From Candidatus Omnitrophota bacterium (GTDB lineage Bacteria > Omnitrophota > Gorgyraeia > Duberdicusellales > 4484-171): a DNA stretch of 64,000 nucleotides. Where the stretch lies: positions 853 to 64,852 of the forward strand of contig JBDRAN010000044.1 in assembly GCA_043823745.1 (NCBI GenBank), read 5' to 3'. Both the position numbers and the translations under genes were made by a program. This document shows, in pieces, positions 58,285-64,000 of this stretch. Within the stretch, counting starts at the first letter, position 1, and each line of letters opens with the position of its first letter. The notes beneath the pieces were generated by a model that saw only the letters and a program-made list of their open reading frames with translations, ran no database searches and had not been told where the DNA came from.

Positions 58285-59769
58285 CTATCGAGGCTTCAAG
58301 AAAGCCCACGCCTTATGCCAGAGCCGCGCGACAAATTCCATGGGATTGCTCACCAGAAGTCCGATTCGCCTCTTAAAAACCTTCCTTCGATAATTTTTTT
58401 CTTTATCGCTATCAAGTTTTACCTGTATTTTTTTAATTATCTGTATCAGCGTATCGTATGCGATATTTTTCGTTAAACCCATTTTCGGTGAATGGTGGAA
58501 AAAGTTTGACCACTCACCGGTGCTGGGCAATATACCATTGCACGAAGCATAATCATATAATTCAGTACCAGGATACGGTGTCACGATACAAAAACATGAA
58601 AAATCGCTTTTGAGCTTATACATCAGCTTAGTGGTGTCATGAACCTGCTTAAGCGTTTCGTTAGGAAAACCGATCATGAAATAGGCTAATGATTCTAACT
58701 TTGCTTTTTTAACCATGGCAAAAGCTCTGCGAACCTGTTTGGGGGTAATATTCTTCTTTATGTAATTTAAGATTTCCGGGTTCCCGGATTCTACTCCGAT
58801 GTTGACCCTGAAACAACCCGCCGATTTCATGGTCTGAAGAATTTCGGGAGTGCATAAATCTGCCCGAATGTCGCACATCCATTGTATAGTTAGCTGAGCA
58901 TTCTTTATTTTCTCACAAATCTCCATTACCCTATTTTTATCGAGGATAAACGTATCGTCGGCAATCCGATACGTAGATGCTTTAAAACGTTGTGCGGTAT
59001 ATATCAGTTCGGCAAGCACGCGGTCTGCTGACATAAAACGAGTCTTTCTGCTCCATATTTTGTTGCTCGCACAATACGTACATTGGTATGGGCACCCTCG
59101 TGATGTAAAAAGTATCCCAAAGCTATCGGGAGGATGTTGCGTGCCTTGATAGGTGCAATCCCACGCGGGAAAAGGTAAACTATCAAGATCCTGTATATAT
59201 GGTCGATTCTGATTTTCCCGGATAGCGCCATTGCACTTAAATGCGATACCGGCCACATTCTCAAGGGCTGATTTTTTTTCGATAGCGTTCACCAGCTCTA
59301 AAAAAGTCAACTCACCCTCATGTTTTACCACTACATCAATCGAGGATTCTTTAAGGGTTTCCAGGGGCAAGATGGTCGGGTGAGGACCGCCGGCAACGAT
59401 AATAACCTGAGAAAATTCATTTTTGATATGATTTGTTATTTTAACGACAATCGCATACTTTGCTGTTGGCATGGTAATACCGACGATATCGGGTTTGAAG
59501 TCACCGATAATGGTTCGTATGGTATGCCATGTTTTCTTCCAGATAGGGCTGTTTTCTTCTAAGTTCGAAAGATAAAGACCGAAATTTGTGATTACATCTT
59601 GTTTGAAATGGTCTTCTGCTACCAACCCAAACTCCCCATTGTACAATATGCACTCATGTCGATTGTTTCGTAAGACTGCCGCACACGAAGCAAGGCCATA
59701 GGAAACCTTGTTATAGCTGACGTTTTGCAAAGCATACCACGGAGGATCGATTAATAAAACTCGTGCCAT
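58285..59769 (-). CDS. B12-binding radical SAM protein
   Basis: GGPHPT, EGE, SRGCPYQCTYC, DDTF, GVESG, PYPGT. Confidence 0.93.
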   Translation of the reverse strand: MARVLLIDPPWYALQNVSYNKVSYGLASCAAVLRNNRHECILYNGEFGLVAEDHFKQDVITNFGLYLSNLEENSPIWKKTWHTIRTIIGDFKPDIVGITMPTAKYAIVVKITNHIKNEFSQVIIVAGGPHPTILPLETLKESSIDVVVKHEGELTFLELVNAIEKKSALENVAGIAFKCNGAIRENQNRPYIQDLDSLPFPAWDCTYQGTQHPPDSFGILFTSRGCPYQCTYCASNKIWSRKTRFMSADRVLAELIYTAQRFKASTYRIADDTFILDKNRVMEICEKIKNAQLTIQWMCDIRADLCTPEILQTMKSAGCFRVNIGVESGNPEILNYIKKNITPKQVRRAFAMVKKAKLESLAYFMIGFPNETLKQVHDTTKLMYKLKSDFSCFCIVTPYPGTELYDYASCNGILPSTGEWSNFFHHSPKMGLTKNIAYDTLIQIIKKIQVKLDSDKEKNYRRKVFKRRIGLLVSNPMEFVARLWHKAWAFLKPR

Positions 59770-59849
59770 CGTTATACCACCTTCTTAATGCGTTTCGTTC
59801 TCATACAACAATGTAGTTTAAACGTTATAGGTAATGACCCCGGACACGG

Positions 59850-61091
59850 TCATTGCCCTCGTCTATCATGAATATGTTCGTCAATAAGCTTAATGACCTG
59901 CGCTGGCTTTATTTTCTTTAAACACTCCATCTTTTCTGCGCGGGCGCAAGGCTCATCCAGGCTCAACAGTAGCATGGATTTTCTACAGGGAATACATTCG
60001 AGGTCAGAGGTGACGATAAAATGCTTTTTGTGCGTGCGCGCCAAGAAAGCGCTATTCGTCGGCCCGTAAATGGCGATAAGCATCGTACATTTAACTGCGG
60101 CGGCCAGATGAACGACGCTGGTATCGTTGCTAATGCATATATCGGCCTTCTCTATTAACGCCGCAAGCTGCTGAAATGTCAGCTGATTACAGAGATTATA
60201 GCTGTTGCCGATTTCTTTATGCACAAAATCGCATACCTCGGCATCATGCGGGCCCATGCCTGAAATAAAAACATAATAGTTTTTTTTAGCCAGGTGGGCG
60301 ATGACTTCTCGATAATACTCAGCCGGCCAACGCCTTGAATTATGATGCGGGGTCCCTCCGGGATGCACAACCGCTATAGGATGGTTTACGTCAATGCCGA
60401 CTATTTTTTTTAAAATACGTTGCAGCTGGTCTCTACTGCTTCTATCGACTTCGAAATACAGCTCAGGAGACGAGACAGAATCAATGTCGAAATACGTAAG
60501 CAGATTAAGATAAAAAGACGGGCCTACAAGATCAAACTCATTAACCGTATGATGTTGCATTGCCAGAACTGCCTCATCAGGCCTATGAAAACCGACTATC
60601 GCGGGAATCGCTAAAACGTTAAGCAGGGCACCCTCGAGCATAACGGTCCAGGGAAGTTGTCCGCAATTAATGCCTGCTCCATAATTACGCCGCGATAATG
60701 TTAGATATTCTATCGGGTAATAACAAAGCGCTTTGAATATAGCCTGCCTGCGAGAATGTGTATGGGCAAAATGCCGGGCGCAGGAAAAATCGACATAATA
60801 AATATTTTTGTATATGGATTGTTGTGCGAGCGCTGCGGCTCGTTCCGGATTATTTGATACAAGGTCAACCTCATATTTCTTTGATAATTCCCGTACCAAT
60901 GAAGACATCATTAAGAGGTCGCCAAGGCCACCCGTATTCGTAATCAAGATCCTCCGAGGATTTTTTTTGACGGCACGGCGACATGCAAAGACAAACAATG
61001 CTACCGGCAACAATAGTATATGGTGATACCGTAGCTGTTTCCAGCGAAATAGAAACAATTTTATCGTCTGGAATAATCTTATCAGAATCAT
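59850..61091 (-). CDS. GT9 (heptosyltransferase-like) glycosyltransferase
   Basis: GLGDLLM, HPGG, RRWP, NDTSVVHLAA, YGPT. Confidence 0.9.
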   Translation of the reverse strand: MILIRLFQTIKLFLFRWKQLRYHHILLLPVALFVFACRRAVKKNPRRILITNTGGLGDLLMMSSLVRELSKKYEVDLVSNNPERAAALAQQSIYKNIYYVDFSCARHFAHTHSRRQAIFKALCYYPIEYLTLSRRNYGAGINCGQLPWTVMLEGALLNVLAIPAIVGFHRPDEAVLAMQHHTVNEFDLVGPSFYLNLLTYFDIDSVSSPELYFEVDRSSRDQLQRILKKIVGIDVNHPIAVVHPGGTPHHNSRRWPAEYYREVIAHLAKKNYYVFISGMGPHDAEVCDFVHKEIGNSYNLCNQLTFQQLAALIEKADICISNDTSVVHLAAAVKCTMLIAIYGPTNSAFLARTHKKHFIVTSDLECIPCRKSMLLLSLDEPCARAEKMECLKKIKPAQVIKLIDEHIHDRRGQ

Positions 61092-61117
61092 GTGTAATAC
61101 ATTGCAACAAAAATTAT

Positions 61118-62164
61118 TTATGGACGGCTATGCGTTCTGCATCGAATGTTCCTGAAAAAGTCTCTAAGACTGCGAAGGTATTTCTTTATGCGTACCTTAT
61201 AATAGTGCTTCAATCTATACTCAAGAAACTCTTCCTTTGGCGTATCAAACCAACCTGGTCCGCTGCCAAATCTACCGCGTACAGAATCTACCGCTCCGCG
61301 TATAATCAACACTATCGCTGTTATCCGTAAATAATATTGATGGGTAAATAACTTTTTAATATCATGCATGATCCACATAATAAGCTCTTTGGGGATTCTC
61401 TTTTTTACGAATCCGTGCTTTTTCGCGAATAAGAGCCTGTTCCGAGAAAGATAATAATAAATGCCGGGGTGAGCAGCGTTATCGGTCGAGGCGGCGACTT
61501 TATGGCGTACACGTGCCGCCGGAACGTAGATGTTGCGTAAGCCTGCGTTCTTTATCCGTAGGCCAAAATCAGTATCTTCCCAATACAAAAAGAAGCGCTC
61601 GTCAAAGAATCCGACCTTCTCGATAGTAGAACGGCTCAAGAAAATAGCTGCACCGGTAATATAATCAACTTGGGCGATTGTATCGTATTGTCCGCAGTCT
61701 TGCTCGCGTTCCCCGCGATTGAAGGCATGCATAATAGACTTATCCGTAATGATGCCGCCGGCATGCTGAAGGCGGCTTGAATCTTCGTAGTAAACTATTT
61801 TACACCCCAATGATCCTGCGTTTTTCTCATTGAGCGCGGCGGCAACGAGAACGGACAGGATTTCTCGATTAACAAGCGTATCGTTGTTGAGTATAAAAAT
61901 ATAATCGGCGCCGCTTTTAAGAGCATACCGTATGCCGACATTGTTGCCGCCGGCATACCCTAGGTTTGTATGGTTTTCTATAAGAACTATCTCGGGGAAT
62001 AATTTTTTGATTACCTTTGAGGAGCCATCGGTCGAAGCATTATCGACAACAATAACCTCATAATTTGAATAGTCTATAGCGCCGATAGACGTAAGGCATG
62101 CGGGCGTATACCGCAACCCATTCCAATTAAGCAGTACGATAAATATTTTTGGTTGGTTTATCAC
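61118..62164 (-). CDS. GT2 glycosyltransferase (WbbL-like)
   Basis: LNWNG, VDNASTDG, GYAGGNN, LNNDT, FFLYWEDTD. Confidence 0.92.
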   Translation of the reverse strand: MINQPKIFIVLLNWNGLRYTPACLTSIGAIDYSNYEVIVVDNASTDGSSKVIKKLFPEIVLIENHTNLGYAGGNNVGIRYALKSGADYIFILNNDTLVNREILSVLVAAALNEKNAGSLGCKIVYYEDSSRLQHAGGIITDKSIMHAFNRGEREQDCGQYDTIAQVDYITGAAIFLSRSTIEKVGFFDERFFLYWEDTDFGLRIKNAGLRNIYVPAARVRHKVAASTDNAAHPGIYYYLSRNRLLFAKKHGFVKKRIPKELIMWIMHDIKKLFTHQYYLRITAIVLIIRGAVDSVRGRFGSGPGWFDTPKEEFLEYRLKHYYKVRIKKYLRSLRDFFRNIRCRTHSRP

Positions 62165-62263
62165 ACGCCCCTACAACTTGATCATACGTTTCATGCTCAC
62201 TGGAGAATACTACGAGCACAAGATCTCGTGATTCTAGGGTATATACGGAAACAATGGCTCCGG

Positions 62264-63505
62264 TTAGGATAAAGAGAGCAATTTCTGTGCTGCCGCTTGC
62301 ACCTCCTCTACGGTAACCTGTAAAATACAGTGGGGCGTAAGACTGACACAGCCGTATTTACAAACATCATCTGGTTTTTTAGGGCCAAGTTGGATGTGCG
62401 GCACTTTCCATGGCTTAAAAGCCTGCGGTGTATTGAGGCTCATGGGAAAACTTGTGTTTCCAAACGGAGAAATTTCTACGACTGGTATGCGCAGCGCCGT
62501 TGCTATGTGCTTTAAGCCGCTATCGCTACCGATAGAAAGAACACAAGATTTTAGCAATGCTGTTGCCTGCCGAAGCGTGGTCATCCCAATAATATTAACC
62601 ACCGATTCTCCTAAATCCCTGCTCAGCTCTTCTCCCATATCTTTCTCCAGAGAATTACCCAGAAGAAGTATCCGAACATTATAGTTCTTGTGCAGCCACA
62701 TGCCCAGTTGCCGAAATCGTTCAGGCGGCCACCTTCTTCTTGGTACACTGGCTCCCATACAGAAGCACACAAGCAGATCATGGGGCTTGACGCCGTGACG
62801 CGTAAGTGTCTCCTCAGCAAAATGAATATCCCGTTCATCAATCCAAACCTCTAAGGCATCATCCGTAACGCTGCCGCCAAGAAATTTTACTACCTCTAAA
62901 TTCCTTTCTACCTCGTGCCTAAGCGTTGTGTCTAAAATTACGTCCGTAAACAGCCTATCGCATCCTTTATTCCCCTTTTGCTTGTCGACGTGGACGCGTT
63001 CGGAATAGGCAACGCGCCGGGCTGCGCCGCTTACATAGGTCAACAATGAGCCATAATAGCCCTTATCAAGGTGCCACACAGGTAAGACTGCCACATCGAA
63101 CTTTTTTGCCCATAAATGCCTGGCCGCAAAAGTTACGATCTGAAAATAGTGTGTTAATGTTTTGTGGCAGCCTGTTGCTTTTGGTTCAAACGTTAATATT
63201 TCATCAACATAGGGACACATCTCTACCAGATTATAGATCTCCGGCTTTACGATAAGCGTGATCCACACACGCGGCATATTCTTTCGCAATTCCCTCAGAA
63301 AGGGAGTGATTAAGATCACGTTGCCGATTTCATCTAAACGCGTGACAAGGACTCTTCTTGCCAGAAGAATAGGTATCGATCTATTTCGATGACGAAACCC
63401 AAAAAGCCAAAAGATCGGCTCACCCACAAAACGAGTTATGCGGAGCACCAAACGTACCGGTTCGATCATATCCGCAATAAAGGTAAATAAAGTTGTTGGT
63501 TTCAT
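62264..63505 (-). CDS. GT9 (heptosyltransferase-like) glycosyltransferase
   Basis: RLDEIGN, HEVERN, RRWP, DSGLKHIA. Confidence 0.9.
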   Translation of the reverse strand: MKPTTLFTFIADMIEPVRLVLRITRFVGEPIFWLFGFRHRNRSIPILLARRVLVTRLDEIGNVILITPFLRELRKNMPRVWITLIVKPEIYNLVEMCPYVDEILTFEPKATGCHKTLTHYFQIVTFAARHLWAKKFDVAVLPVWHLDKGYYGSLLTYVSGAARRVAYSERVHVDKQKGNKGCDRLFTDVILDTTLRHEVERNLEVVKFLGGSVTDDALEVWIDERDIHFAEETLTRHGVKPHDLLVCFCMGASVPRRRWPPERFRQLGMWLHKNYNVRILLLGNSLEKDMGEELSRDLGESVVNIIGMTTLRQATALLKSCVLSIGSDSGLKHIATALRIPVVEISPFGNTSFPMSLNTPQAFKPWKVPHIQLGPKKPDDVCKYGCVSLTPHCILQVTVEEVQAAAQKLLSLS

Positions 63506-63521
63506 TTGTTATTGATGCATA

Positions 63522-63998
63522 CTAGCGCATCTCTTTTGCATTATCAATGCGGGTTCCGACAAGAAGACGAAAGAGCAGTGCCACATGGTTTCGACATGGC
63601 GCATTCACCGACAACAACAGCAGTGAAACAAACCCATACTGTAATGCCAAGTACCGATGGCCTAATCTATATTGTTCTTCCGCGCGCGCGTAAAAGGAGA
63701 GTGATTTTTTTTGCCACTGCACTTTATTAAACGAATACCAATAAAAGTAATACGCCGGCGTCAACATGCTACCCCAGTATTTCTGACTGATTCTCATACG
63801 CTCAGCGAACCATTTTTTTTCAGCGGTTTGACTTAATTGCAATATTGATTTCGATGAAGAATGAAATCGATATACCGCTAAAACTCTATCCAGATAACAG
63901 AAACGGTACCTGCTGCTTAATCGTATCCATAAATCATAATCCATAGAGTAATGCAGCGTTTCATCGAGAAGGCCCACGTTATCAATAGCTTCCCTGGA
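63522..63998 (-). CDS. GT2 glycosyltransferase, C-terminal part (5'-partial)
   Basis: Frame open to the window edge; GLLDETLHYSMDYDLWIR. Confidence 0.8.
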   Translation of the reverse strand, partial: SREAIDNVGLLDETLHYSMDYDLWIRLSSRYRFCYLDRVLAVYRFHSSSKSILQLSQTAEKKWFAERMRISQKYWGSMLTPAYYFYWYSFNKVQWQKKSLSFYARAEEQYRLGHRYLALQYGFVSLLLLSVNAPCRNHVALLFRLLVGTRIDNAKEMR

Positions 63999-64000
63999 AT

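Noticed and set aside
1-64000. CRISPR array, rRNA, tRNA, transposase, integrase, DGR
   Set aside because: No regularly spaced repeats, RNA gene signatures, or recombinase/RT motifs were seen by eye.

Overview
Bacterial chromosomal window; gene content and style suggest a PVC-group anaerobe such as Omnitrophota (inference only). (1) 1-~3250: the 3' end of an AT-rich integron cassette array on the + strand. It has three well-formed attC sites plus one aberrant palindromic mini-site; no intI lies in the window. (2) 3286-14124: minus-strand housekeeping run: era, M20 hydrolase, PilZ-TM-glycosidase-like fusion, TPR protein, DUF3857/transglutaminase, YunC, Lrp plus aminotransferase behind a promoter and a fully structured ~150-nt leader, DnaQ-WYL, YjbQ, tRNA-binding domain. 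(3) 14185-26810: polysaccharide export and signalling block: O-antigen-ligase-like protein, Wzc, OPX with duplicated export domain, beta-barrel, PilZ, TPR, HAMP-GGDEF, GGR-family reductase. (4) 26975-64000: part of a very large glycan biosynthesis cluster with GT2/GT4/GT9/GT-C transferases, PglF/PglC/DegT enzymes, five radical SAM enzymes (three B12-binding type) and several methyltransferases, one broken by an in-frame TGA. Best leads: the unrecognised leader RNA upstream of lrp-aminotransferase, the composite attC or ORF-less cassette, the PIN-like cassette protein, the PilZ-glycosidase and c-di-GMP wiring, and radical-SAM glycan tailoring. All calls come from reading motifs by eye; no searches were run.
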